From Raillietiella orientalis (lineage: Eukaryota), in NCBI GenBank assembly GCA_036172245.1, contig JAYWIR010000011.1, forward strand, positions 2,914,001 through 2,978,000: a stretch of 64,000 nucleotides of DNA, read 5' to 3'. Positions 1-13,500 of this stretch are shown piece after piece. A program made the position numbers and the translations under genes. Every line of letters begins with the position of its first letter. The first letter of the stretch is position 1. The notes below the pieces were generated by a model. It ran no database searches, was not told the origin of the DNA, and saw nothing but the letters and a program-made list of their open reading frames with translations.

Positions 1-1526
1 GCGACCGGATCATCGTGACCTGTCCGGTCGGCCACGAGTGTCTTCCTGAGGGCCAGCGGAGACTGAAACAATGTGCTTGGCATCGCGAGGAGCTGAACCG
101 TCCAGAAACAGCATAGCTATATAGCTATTCTGTCCGCGGCAAAGCTGCTCGAAACCCTGGCGGTTGCTCGGTACGTGGTCTTGCAGCGCTCTGGAGGAGA
201 AGCTGTCCGCGTGAGAGAAGCAAAAGAAGAAACGGTGGATCCGGAGACAAAGGAGAGGGCGAGGGAGGGAGAATGAGCATGGGGTAGACCTGCAGGCTCC
301 GCGGGCGACTCTGGCATTTGCATCGCGACGGGCCCGTCGGAAGCCTACGCGCGTTCCTTCCTCTCCCCTCTCGACTTTACCCAGAGAAACCTCAAGCTCG
401 AAGCGACGGATCAAAGGGCAACGACAAAAAAACAAAAAAACCGAAACAATTTAAAGCCGAAAAGACCGTGAAGCACCTGAGATTGTCCACCCTCTTTCAG
501 GGAGCGTCACCATTGCCGTCTGCTGCCAGACCGTGGAAAAATCCGGACGCGTGTCTTGCAGAAAATTCCGCAGCTCCAGTGCTCTGATAAGAGTGGAACA
601 CGTTTGAGCGCGCAGGATGCCAGACGTCCTCCCCGCAAGGACAAACGCAGGGCCCCGCTTGTTGCGGTGGTAAGCCTGCCGTCAGCCTCGCGTTCTCCAT
701 GGGCTGTCCTCCCAAGTGGGATGGTTTGCAGCGGCAGCTGGCTCCCTTCTAACAACTCTCCCTTTTCGGCGCACTTACATGGAAAGCTGATGGGAATGGG
801 CGGGGTCCAGAGTCGGAAAGCTGTTCGCTCCTCACGCTTTGACCTCCGTTCCCATCGCACCAGGAGGGATGGCTGCGCTCCCCTGGATCCCTCCCGGAGT
901 GGAAGCAGGGTTGTCTGGTGTCCTTCCGATGTCCCAAGCTGCTGAGGAGAGCACTTGCGTTCCCTCAAGGACACCCAGGGGGATTCATCCTCAATTCTGT
1001 TCTCGGATGAGATTTCTGCTTGAGCGTTGCGACCCTCTTTCCCCTTTGTTTGGGGGGAAGGATATCGCGGGAAAACCCGCAAAAGGGGAAGGGACAGCGA
1101 AAGAGCGGAGGATAGAGAAATCCTCGAAGATCCGTCGCTTGGACTTCCTGTCTAACGCGGCCCCTTTCTCCCCAGAGGAGAAGAACGACTTCGTCACTAC
1201 GGGCTGACGGGCTGCTCGGACTTTATTGTTCTCCTTACAGACCGGGGAGCGGAGGCAACCCGGAGGCAGCAGCAGCAGCAGGAAGCCAAATCCCCTGGCA
1301 CTCACGGTCGGATTTCTGTGTTCACACGTGTCTCTCCCACGGGATCTCTCGGCTGGCACGTATGCCACCGCCCCCGCGAGGAAGCAACACCTGCTTCTCC
1401 CCCATCCCCGATGACGTAGTCGACCGCGACGACAGCGGCGCTCACACCGGGCGGCGCGCGTATGGCGGCGGTCTCCAAGGCCGATTTCCCATCGGGGAGT
1501 GGCGCCGCCGCAGTGGAAACCTGGCA

Positions 1527-4500
1527 ATGAGTGACTCTGCCGCCTACGACGAGTGGGATCTGGGACTGGGATTGGACAGCATGCGGATCGGGAGATCAAA
1601 CGAAGTCGGTGGAAGGGACGAGGCTACCGAAACGTCCGAGGACGACAGAGGCGTCCCCGAGGCTCCGACCAAACGAAAGGAAGCCACCGGATGGTGCGAG
1701 ACCGCGACCCCGAGTCGCCCCGACCATCGGGTTGCGTCACCGCGGAGGGAAGGCACGCCCGACACTGCCGGATCCAAGAAGGATGAACGTATCTGCCCGT
1801 ACGAGGTGATGCTGAGGCAAGTGAGCAGCGTGAGTATCCGTTCGCTCGTTTGTTTGTTTGTTTGGGGGGAAGGGAAGGGAGTGATCGAGGGGTCGGGAGG
1901 ATTCCCTAGATTGACTGGCTAGGGTGGAGGGACAACGGACCAGATAAGAGCAAGAGGGGTCCCTTTCCTGACCTTCTTGAGGAGCAAGCTAAAGCTTCCT
2001 CCTTGAAGGAGGAGCAAGGAAGTTCCCCGAGGGAAGCGCCCCAGTTTCACGGAAGAGGAGGAAGGAGGGAGGGAGGAGAAAGAGAAACGAATCTCCCTGC
2101 ATCCGTGGAGCGGATCCGGGCTTTGCTGCGAGATCAGACCGAGAGGGGAGCATGTGAGAGAGAGGCTGGTGGTGTGGGGAGAGAGTGGGGGGGGCGGAGG
2201 AGGAGGCGCGTAGCAGATGCAGCCGGGGGAAGGCTAAGAGCGTCCTCGTCTCTTCGAGAGCGGCGTCCACGGGAGGACACAGGGCAGCTTCTCCCTGTAC
2301 CCAGGCATCGCAGAGGTGCCGTCAGGTCCACTCTGAGGATGCGCGTCATCGAAGGCTCCTGACGTTGTGGCGCGCTCCCGCTTCCGCCGTCGAGTACGGG
2401 ACGAGCCCGCCCCGCGGATGCGTGCACTCTCCTGGAAGACTTTACGCTTCCGTGGACGCGGGAGGACTGGACGGGAGAGGGGAAGGAACGCAAGACCACC
2501 TTCGCATCCATTCCACTTTACTCCCCTTTCCCTGGTCGAAGCATTTGGGGGAACATCAGAGAGACCGACGTTCCCCCGTTCCGCCCTTGAGGGAATATCG
2601 GTTGACTGTCTTTTGACTGCAGCCATCCTTCCACCATCCGATCCATACCCTTCCACTGGGGATGTTTCGCAGATTTACTCTGAGGACCTCGCACCCCGCG
2701 CAGCTGGAGAGCGGGGATGCAAACGGGGAAGGGGTTCCCTCTTTCCTGCGACGAATCTGGGAGAGCAAGGTCGTATAGCAAGTGGGTTCCGAAAGGACAT
2801 CGCCCACCGGAGATGTCACGAGGGAAATTCCGGAAATGGAAGGAAGAGAACATCTCGAGTTGCTTCCTTGAGACGGAAGGAATATCAGTGGAGGACCCCT
2901 CCTCCACCCTCTCTCCCTCTTCTTCAGGGAGGCTTCGACCAGATCGGGACAAGTGCGGCTCCGCCAGGTGGAGGCGCGCGTGTTCCGCCCCATGCTGGGG
3001 GAGTTTCTCAGCGGGACTACCCAGGGCTGGCTGCGGGCGAGAGAAAAGTTCTTAGGTTTCCACAAGCGGGCCCTTCAACGAACACTTCTTTTCCGGCACC
3101 GGGGAAGGAAGCGGTGTCCACCGGGCGAGTTAAGGGGAGAGGAGGGACCCATCGGGCGGTGGCGGTGGCTCAGCAGCAGCTCTCCTCCCTCTCGATCGCC
3201 GCCCTCCGCGCTCCCTCCCAACTCGTTCCCCGGGGGCCGCAGGAAGCGTTCAGCCACCCGAAAGATAGAGTAGGTGACGTCTCGTGGTGTTTCTTCTCCC
3301 GATACGTCACCCCACCCAGTACGAACACTTTCGAGGTCATTTCCAGGGAACTGACTGACAGGTTTCTCCCGTCTGCCAAAGGGGGAAATCCGGACCAGGG
3401 GTCTCTCTAGAACGATGGAGCTGAAGTGCGCCACTGTATGTGGGAGGGGAGGGGCATCCTCGGCTCGCTGCCAGCAACTGCTGTGGGTGGTGAGGAAACC
3501 ATGGCGACGGGTGACCACGAACGCCCAGAGCAGGGAGATTTCGATGAGCTGACTATGTAGGTGTGCGAGAATTTTGCTTCTCAATCCAGACCACCTCCTT
3601 TTCCTTCCTCCCTTCCTCTTACTCCTTTTCCCTGCCTTTGAGGAACGCTTTCTTCTACCCGCGCGAAGAGCTAGTTACCAAGAGCGGAAGAGTTCTTTTA
3701 AGACTCCCTCCCATCTTGGTCCTCAAAGGGGCCGCGACACCGAAGGAGTACGCTTCTCCTCCCCTATCCCCTTTGGGACGCCGACAACTCTCTGCCGCCG
3801 TGCGCCGCGCTTTCTCAGGGAAGGGGTTCGGCGTTCTGGGAGGGGACCCACGCCATGGGACCGCTCTGGGGAGCTCTCACCTCCTTTTCCTCCTCCTGTG
3901 GGAGGAATCTCCTTCTCGAAAGGGAAAGTAGGTTCCTTCCAAAATTCCTTAAAACCGTGCTCTTCTTTTCCAGGAAAATCTCTCCCTTCGCTACGAGTAC
4001 GAGGACGTGAAGAGGCTGCTCTCGACGAAGTCTATGATTGCCGGAATGCTGCTCCAAGTGGTAATCATGTCTGAGGGAGTGGAAGTGGGTGAATGGGGTG
4101 GGAAGTAGTCTTGAAATCCCCCTGCGGTGACGGCGCTGCGAAAGGCCATTGGGCTGCGTCCTCGGGCGTCTGGAAGGCAGGCGCATCGCGGGGATCCTGG
4201 TGCTCAGCGCTGTCTTTCGTCCCGATCGGGACCTGCCAAAGAAAGCACAGCCCCAAAAGAGCCGGAAACCGGGATGCGGATTCCCGAAGACCTAGGTCTT
4301 CAGAAAACCCCCTGGAATTGTAGGGTAGGGGAAGGTGGCACACTTTGCCTACGTGTTGTTTTCTTCCTTTTGCTGAAGGGGACGCGCGCGGTGACCTCGG
4401 TGGACCTCGATCCCACAGCACCCTCAGGAAACGAGAATAGATCCCTCCAGATGATAGGATGTGGTGGGAGGAAGCGAATGCAGTTCTCTGAAAGGGGGAT

Positions 4501-7500
4501 GGGAGGTTCTCCTCGCGCGCTCCCCCGGGCGGCGGCGACGGAATTCGGACTTGCAGCTTCCCGCTGCCCCCTCCGCCTCTATGAACCATCCAGACCCCAG
4601 GAGGGGAAGGGTGACGGCTCACCCACCTCCTCTTCGGAGCCGATAACGCCCCTATCCTCCCTGCCGGTTCCCGTTCCAGTTCCTGGAGCCGCTTGCTCCC
4701 TCCGCTTTCTCCGACCGACCGGACTGCGCCGCTCGCGCGGCCTTAGAGATGCAGATGCACTCCATCATCCCTGCAACATCGGTCAGCGCCTGACGTGGGC
4801 ACTCCCGGGATCTTCCCTCTTCCTCTTCTCTGAACGGAGCCCTCGCCGTAGCCAAGGGAACCGAGGCGCCGAGCGCAGGCTCCTTCGGAGGTGGCGGGGA
4901 GGGGGCCGGGAGTCCGTCTCCGAGATAGAGTCCTCCCTGGCACGGCTGGATTCTCCCGCCGACCCGATTCCCCGTTTAAGAGGAGAGGAGGGCAACGAAC
5001 CAACCGGCTCCTCGCTCTCTGCTCCCGCCCTTCGCACCGCACAGAACAGGAAGCGAGGAAGAAAGCATCGCAGAAGATCCACTCCAGCGAAACAGGCAAG
5101 CGGACGGAAAGACCCGGCGGGGCCGAGTAAGACGGGCGTCTTCCTCGGCAGCACGGGATCGAGGCGAAGGTGCCGCTCGAGTTGCCTCTCCTCTTCCTCC
5201 ATCGCTACCACCCCTTTCAGGAGCGCATTCTCTGCGCGGAGCGTCTCTCTTCCTAGAATTCCGGTGGCCACCCTTCGCCCTCTCCCTCTTGCAGGTTCTC
5301 TGCTGGTAGGTGGTTGAGTCCGTCCCCGTCGTCCAGAAGATCCTCTCGTCTCCTGTTCTTCGGTTTCGAACCCAGCTGCCGTCCCATACCCTCTTGGAGA
5401 TTCCCCTGGCTCCGCCCTCCACCTGTAGCGCCTACGGTCCCGTGCTTATCTGACCCACTACTCTACCTCTTCGTTGGAGTGAAGGACGCTCAATTCGCTC
5501 TTCTCGTGAGACGAGAGACGAGACGGGCGAGCACTCCTGGAATTGACAGGCTAGCCATCAAGATCGAGAGATGACCAAGCGTACCGCGGGAACGTGGAGT
5601 TGCAGACGGAGAATAGGAAGGGGGGGAGGAGGAGAAAATATGTCTCCGAAGACTCATGCATCCACCCTACCGGAAGCTGGCGAAGGACAGGAGGAGATGT
5701 TGGAACGCGAAGTCGCGTGTCGTAGAGGGTGCTCTCACGCGAACGCCTACCCCGTTCCCCTTCTCCCTATTTTGATATCGAGCGACTTAAATGATCGGGG
5801 GAGGGTTCTTTTCAGACAGATGGAGAAAAAATGGATGGAAGTAAGAGATGAAAGGAGCCCCATTAGATCCGGTGTGTTGCTACGTGAAGCCGGAGCAACA
5901 ACACGCCGGATAAAAGGATGCACGACGATGGCGCATCCAAACACCAAGCTGGAGCTTGGCAGCCCCGATGCACGACTACGAGGAGAGAAAAAGGAAGAGG
6001 GAGAATAAGAGGAAAACAGGAAGAAAAGAAATTGAAAAAAGAAAGGAAGAGGAAGAGGATTGGAGATGAAAAGGGTGAGGAAGGAAAGTGGAAAAGGGAA
6101 AGAGGAGGAGGAGGGAGGGAGGAGAAAGAGGAAGAGGAAGGAACGAAGTGAAGGAAAAAAGGAGAAGGTGGAGAAAAGGAAGAGGAGAGGAGGAGGAAGG
6201 GAAGTCGAAGGGAGGAGGAACAACGCAGCACGTTTGGCTTTGGATAACTGCATAGCGGCGAGAGCATCTTTGTGGAGGCTTGCTGTTCTATTACCGTCTC
6301 GTTTCGTTCCGTTCATCCGCATAATTGCTCGAAGAGAGAGGGCTCAGCACACCCTTTTTCCTTCCCATCCATCTCTTCCTTCTTTTTCTCTCATCCCGTT
6401 CCCATCACCGGAGTATTTTTTCTTTCTCTCTCTCTCTCCTTTTTCCGTGAACGGATTCCAGCATCTCCCGGCTGCCTCCCTTTTCAGCCACGGACGATGC
6501 TCTCTCTCTCTTCTCAACAGAAGCAACTGCCGACTCTCCTCTCGGTCTTCACGAACTCCTCTTTTTCATCATCCCTCTCCCCCTTCGGAAGCTTTTGACG
6601 CGCCTGACGGAAAGTGCGAAGAATCTCTCAGCTTCGAACACGCGTCAAGGTCGATCTTGATGCATTCCCAGACGCCTGCGGAACGTTTGAACAGGCAAGG
6701 GAGGCGGCGCATTCGACAAAGGTGGTAGCAGGAAGACCCTTGGGAGGCAACTTCCCCTCTGGGGACTCAGCACGTGGTTTCGGTGTTTCCTTGTTGACTC
6801 CAGTTCGTCGACTGCCTTCGACCTCGGAATGCACAAAGCCTTGAGAGTCGCATCCGAAATGAGACCCCGAGAGGCGCCCCTTCAGGAAAGCTGCTGGTTG
6901 TGCTCCTGAGGAACGGGTTGACTCCGGGAAGCTCTTTACTTTTGGAGCAGCCCGAACTCTCCTTCAACCCTCCTTCATTCCTTCTTCTCCGGGATCTGAA
7001 ACGTTCCTTCATTGTCCAGCCTGGTGGACACTCCACGTGCCCGAAATTCGAGCGCATCAGAGAAGATTGGCATGACCTTGGGGCGAACGTGACGAAGTGG
7101 TCCACCTCTCAGTGAAGAGCACAAGATTGATATCGTGAGAACTTTGAGGGAATGGAGGATGCCATTAGTTTCCACGCTTTGTCGTCTCTCTTTTTCATAA
7201 AATCTTTGAAATGTTCAATGGTTCTGCATGAGTGGGTGGAACGGCATTTGTTGCTTCTTTCCAACGCGCATTCAAACACCAAGAAGTGAGAATTTCCATA
7301 AGTCCAGGCGCACCGTCGAGGGCCCAGGTCGATACCCTCTCACGAACTGTCAGATATCGCGGAAGATATCTGTGGACCAAGGCGAAGAATGCGGAAGACG
7401 TCTTCACAGGTGGCACGATATGGAGTTGCTCTCTTCGCGTGCCTACAACCATTCCGACGACTTATCGGTTTTGACAGGAGATCTTATCCCTTCATCCCGT

Positions 7501-10500
7501 CCATTATTCTAGAGGGGGAAGTAAAATTAGATTTTCAGTGGCCTTGGAATGGGTAGTCTTCTCTCCTCTGCTTCCGTGGCTAACTCCAGTGCAGCTAACT
7601 TTGGCGGTTCGGAGCGCTATTGTAGTGCTCTCACCCTTTCTTCGCTCTCCATTCCACATCGATGTGCTCTTCAAAGTGCCTTCCTTGCTCTTGTCTCTGT
7701 CTGAACGTCTCTGTCAAACTGCTCTGAAGGGCTGCTTGCCCTCCCCTCCTCTCCCTCTACGTGGGTGTTCAGGAGCCAAACGGAGTTCACTTCGATCACC
7801 CAAGGGCTTTTCCTCAGGACGAAATGAACTGCGAAATCAGGAGCAGATGTGGGCCTGCGGGAGCCTACTTCTATCATACCCTTTGGCTTTTCCATCGGAG
7901 AGATCCCAAGCACGACATCCCGCGGATTCCGCACCGTTTCTGAAGCATCAGAAAGGACACGCTGGCGTGTCCTTTCTGCAGCCAAGGAGGAGAATGTAAC
8001 TCGATGCAGAAGACTCGCGGCGTCTCCCAGCGAACTTCTTATGGGGGTTTGTTTTTTTCATTTATTCTGACCACTCGTCATTCCACATGATCACTCCTGG
8101 TCCCTCTCTTTAACACTTAGATTTCTTGCTCTGGGCATTTCTTGGTGCTCTGGAGAGAGAAGAAGCATCAGATAAGTGCTCTTATTATACCAGATCGCTC
8201 GTGCTGACTTTTCTTCTTCTTCTTCTTCTTCTTCTTCCAAGCACTGCAGGACAGGTCAACCGATTTTTCAATGCAAGCAATTGCTTGCTGTTGCAGCATT
8301 GCTAGCAGCTGCAAAACTGCTTCTGTTGCAGTTGTGCCGTGAAGACAGCGGCTACAAAATGACGAAGATGCAACAGATCGTGAATGAGTTCCTGAAAGGC
8401 TCGGAAGATCCTGAGTTCACGTACAGAATCTCTGTGCTCCACGAAAAGCCACCTCTTTCTTGGCAAGGGGACCTCTGTAGGTAAGCACGCATGGTGTCAG
8501 ATCATCGGAAAACAGGCATCGCACGTGATGGAAACCATCGTCAGGTACTTGAAAACTGCGCGCTGGGGCTTATGCGATGAGGTGTCTGTGCGGACGAATC
8601 TTTTTGCCGGAAATTTGAACAGGATCACAGCATTCGAACTTTTCTTTTTTTTTGGCACCTTCTTCGTTAAAGGCCATTTCGAAAGATTTTTTTCTTGATG
8701 CATTCTCCTAGGGCAGTGCGTTAACAATAAAGAATGGACGTTTGCCTTCTATTCGTTCATGGTCACATAATGTTTATTAATTCTATTCGAAAAATCCGTT
8801 TCTTTATAAAACAAAAAAAAGTAAAAAGGCGCTTTAGATGTTGAATGTTCTTCCTTCTTCTAAACTCGTTCTAAACTTCTAAATATCATTAAAATGTCCT
8901 CTCCCCTAAAAAGAAAAAAAAAGAACAGCCTTCTCATTACACCTCACCCTATTGTGATTCTCACTGTGAAACCAGGAATGCAATCTGGATCCAGTCTTTC
9001 TCTCCCTCACTTCCCGTGAATCCTCGACTCGTTTCAACCTCGAACCGGGATGATTAGTCCTTAGCATGCTTGTCAAACTTGGGAGTTCAGGCAATGGCTG
9101 ATTGCCGAGTCAGGAGCCGGTGTCGGTAGGGATCTCACCAGCGAGCTTTTCCACGAACCACCTTCGGATCACGGCTGGCAGAGAAGCTTCACTTTTGTGC
9201 AAACGTCTCCTGGGCCTTTGGTGCTGACCTCTAGATCGGTAGCCACGTTCCACTGGGCGCACTGTTCAGTTACTCATCAGGGCTGCGATGTGGGTGATGC
9301 ACCGATGATTTCCTTGCGTACAAGTCTGCTGCGGATTCCCCTTGCGAAATCAGGTGTCCTCTCAAACGAGAGGCGACCCTTCATTTTAGTCCGAGGTGTC
9401 ATGTTGGAACGAGGGAGAGTTCTCGAACATCACTGACAAAACAAACGTGGCCATCATTGCTGTGAAAGCTGGGATCGACGCCGAGAATTGGGGGGGTGCG
9501 TCGTGGGTTTGGAGTCCCTTCCCCCCTTTCCCCGCAGGTTGACGCTGGTTGGTCTGTAGGCCCGCGTCGGGGGCCATGAGGTGGCACCAAGCGTCGCGGG
9601 TTCGAATACTCGAAAAGAATCGACGCCGAGAGAGATGGGGGTCCATCGTGCGTTCAAGTTTTTCCTGCAATATGACGCTGGTTGGCTTCTATTCATTGGA
9701 GTGCGTTGGTACTGGTAGCTGATGCCCCTGATGAGTGGCCGGGATTGGGAGTCGACCTCCGGGGTCCTTCCAGGAAACAGAATCAAAAAGTGAGGTTCCC
9801 CTCCGGTCGTGGAAAGTTTGGGGGTGGGTCCTCCATCTCCTACCATGGAGCTGGTAGATTGATGACCTCCAGAATGCAAAGCCTGCAGCTACCATTGGAG
9901 AGGGACCCTCAGAGAAAATTGGGACGCTTCCCAATTTTCAATCTTCAGAGGAGTAAACAGGAACGGTTCCCTTGCGGGTGCCCTCCGGTGAAGAAATGAA
10001 CAAAGGTTCCTTCCGGGGGATCCCTCCGGAGAAAATAAGGAAGGAGATTCCCTTTGGGGTTACCTCCGGAGACAACCAAGGTGGAGGTATTCCCTTCGGG
10101 GATTCCTTTCCAGGAGTGAGAGGAACGGACTCCCTTCTACGGAGCCCTGCCTGGATTCATAGGATGGCTCCCTCCAGAGGCACCCTTTATCTTGAAGAAT
10201 CACATGCACTCTCGGGTGGCGTGGAACAGTGGCAAAGAGCTGCGTGAGCCGCTGCCAGGGGCGCGACCGTTCTTGAAGTACTCGGCGAACCAAAAAAAAG
10301 CTGAAAGGAAAAGGATGATGACAAAAAGGAAACCAGAAGGATTTCCATTGCGGGTGCGTCAGTACTGGTGGAAGCTGGCTGACCCCGTAGCCTGGTCGGG
10401 ATAGGGAGTTTACCCTCCGAAGTCCTTCCTGGATCCAGTTTCCTTCCGGTTGTGAAAATAGAGTTCGTACCATGGAGCTGGTTGAAGGCTTCCCTGCCCC

Positions 10501-13500
10501 CCTTCCCCCCTGTGGGGTTGTCTCTCCAGAGTCTAAGAAGTGCTCTGTTCCCTTGCAGAGAAGAAACGAGGAGTTCCAGGAGATGTGCCTCCGGAGAGAA
10601 CGAGGAACATTTCGGGATTCCCTTCGGAGACAACTAGGACGAGGGTCCTTCCACCATGCGTAAGAGGACCTCCTTTTACCGGAGTCTTCCTGGTAGTACG
10701 GATCTATTGCCATGGGACACTTTCCGGTCGTCTTCGCACTGACGGGAAAACCACCGTGCCGTTTCCGAATTCGTCTAGTCCGGAGGACATTCCCGAAAAC
10801 GACAACTCCGCTTCGTTCCTTCTTCAGCGAGGGTGGCCAGCTCTTCGGGATCCAAGAATCCCTTCTGCACCGATGCCTCCGTCTTCCTGGTTGTTCTGGT
10901 GGGAAACGCGGATACGACGAGGAGAACGCCAGCCAGGATTTTCCCTCTCCGAACTGAACGAGAAGAGTTCCCGGCTTCGTAACTCGAAGTTCGAGTTTGT
11001 TTTCCCCTTGTCGACAAAACCAGGGCCTTCACTCCTGGCAACCATTCGTCTGGGTGCTCTCTGAACGTAGGGCAGCGTTTCCCAAACCATGTTCCGCGGC
11101 ACACCAGTGCTCCGCGGAAAGTCAATAAGTGTTCCGCGCAGAATTACGAAAATTCTACGTAACTAAAATTCGAGAATAAGTGTCTGTTTTGTGTTTCCTT
11201 AATACTCTTATAATATTTACTTGCTTAATCTATTTATTATTAATGTTTACCTACCCTATAAAATACCAGGGTATTCCGTTAAAATTTCAGGATTTGTGGA
11301 GTGTTCCTTCGCAGGAAACGTTTGGGAGACGCTGCGTAGGGTACAATACTGTGGTTGTATAGAGTGTCTCTAGACTATACGCAAGTTTACGTGAACACAA
11401 GGCTTGACCGCAGGACAGTGGGGAAGCAGAGAATCTTGCTGTGTAATTTAAATAAGCAACCTGAATGTGTAAAATCTGAATGCAATTTCAAAATCATATA
11501 GAGTACGTTTCATTCAAATCTTAAATCGAGTACTCAGTCGGTCATTTTCGAATGGCCTGAAATGAATCTCAATCCCCCCCCCCCCTCCCAAAACAAAACA
11601 ACACAAGCAAACGAACAAAACATAGAAACATAAACAGTGCTTTCATAGCTTTTCAATGGAAACATCCAACGGTCTCAGATTACGGAAAATTTGCAAGCAG
11701 TGCGTCTGATTATCATTTCAGGTCCTTGAGGTAGGAGCCTGTAATCAAGTCTAAAAATAACGGAAGAAATGCACCACAAGGAACTGGGAATGCAGGTTCA
11801 AGCTAGATCGAGATACCTCGGCGGATTTCGTTGGGCCGATGCCGCATCGAGTCGAAGTGAAATTGTACAGGAAGTACATGGAGTGAATGTATGATCGTGG
11901 AAACGGAAATCAGAAAGCGTGTCACAGAATGGTTACCTCGTCCATCTCTCTCCACACCAGGATGAAATCCCCCTAGTTCAGGCGCAGCTTTGTTTCTGGA
12001 TTCTCATTGGGGGAGTGCAGGAGCGGGTCGTAGGAGTACCTAGGGTCGGAAAGGGGGTGTCAGGAGAAGGAGGGGAACGAGGAGGGGGGGGGGAAGTCCC
12101 CTCGTAGACGTAGCACCTGCCGATCAAGGGAACCTCCAGGATGTTGATCTTGCACTGCAGGTCCGTTGCCTCCGGGAGCGCTGGAATAGGAGAGAGGAAG
12201 AAGGGGAGGGGGAGATCATCTCAGCAAGCTCAGCAATTTAATAAATCCAATTTAAAATGAAAGGAACACTGATGCGAACGTGCTTTCATTCGTAAAAAAA
12301 AAAAAAAAATCCTTTCTTCAATCCCTAGTCGCCTTGTGATCTGCTGCTTAAGAGTACACTTATCTAAAAGAGTAGATGTTTGGAATGCATTCTTTATTAT
12401 GTATTGGTTTAATATCTAGGCCTTTCCAGAAATGATGTGATGATTGACGATCCATCTTATCTGGACTCGACAAAATATAAGCACGCTTCGATGGAAAAGC
12501 TACTGACGGATCCTGAGAAAGGTGTGCAGCAGCTCAAAGAGGAAGAAGCCGAACGTGGGATTCACCACCACCAGCCTTGCAATTCTCCTGATGTAAGAGG
12601 GAAGCGGTGTTGGCATTGCGTAACAGTGTGTGCTCCGTTCCTACCAGAAGAACCTAAGAAGAACTTGCGAATGCAACAACAACACGTTGATGGTTTCGTG
12701 CTCTTGTTTCAAACTTGCTCTGGAAACGCAGCAAACGTTGGACGATACTCTCAAGCTGTTAGAAAGCACCCGAAAGAAATTCGAAGACAGCTACCGGGTG
12801 GCGCAGGCTTACAGAAACGCGTTTGAAGAAAAGCTGTTTGAAAACAGGTGGACTCAATGTCCTTGCAAAGAGCATCTCCCTTAGACCAGATGATAAATTT
12901 TAGATGTTTGCGCATGGAATTCGCCAAAAAGAATTTCGTCGGGACGAAACTACCAGATGTCATATTAGACGGAATCAATCGCTGCAGAAAGATAACTGAC
13001 GCCGATAAATGGTCCTTTTTATCGAACATCGTGGATCTGGTAAGCGAAATTTCCGAAATGATAGATAAACCCGAAACATTCAAGTGCTCACTGTTTCAAG
13101 AAAGTGATTGTTAATGACAAATGTGAAAACTAATCCAAGTGAACCATTCACTCATTACACAATTGGATCAACGGGTTCACCGTGCCGTCTCAGCATGAGT
13201 AATGAATTCAGGCTTGCCATACACCTCACGCTGCGCGAGAACTTCTTTTGAAACGGAATTTGCAGCTGTGCTATAAACATGACGAATAAATTTGCGAATA
13301 AAAATTCAAATTTCATTTGAGTAAAAGGAAATTCGACATGAATTAGGTTTTACTTTAAGCTTTGACGTTAAATCAATAGATTGCTTCGAGCGCAGTTGCT
13401 ACCCAAAAATTCAGGACTCCGTCTCTATAGGTTGTTTTGTTTTCAGTTGTGTAGCATGTGTTTTTTACTCAGCATCATATATGTGTGTGTAAACTTGATA

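Noticed and set aside
2367..5317. Long ORFs of 347 aa and 396 aa, and many overlapping ORFs in the first 11 kb
   Set aside because: Arg/Pro/Ser/Gly-rich, open in several frames because of high GC, no recognisable domain, and overlapping TE fossils.
5816..5840. Possible micro-exon (QMEKKWME) with AG/GTAAG boundaries in the CCDC125-like intron
   Set aside because: Its phase does not fit the flanking exons and the similarity is too short to trust.
5747..6728. Lys/Glu/Arg-rich and Phe/Leu/Ser-rich ORFs
   Set aside because: Translations of the purine and pyrimidine low-complexity tracts.
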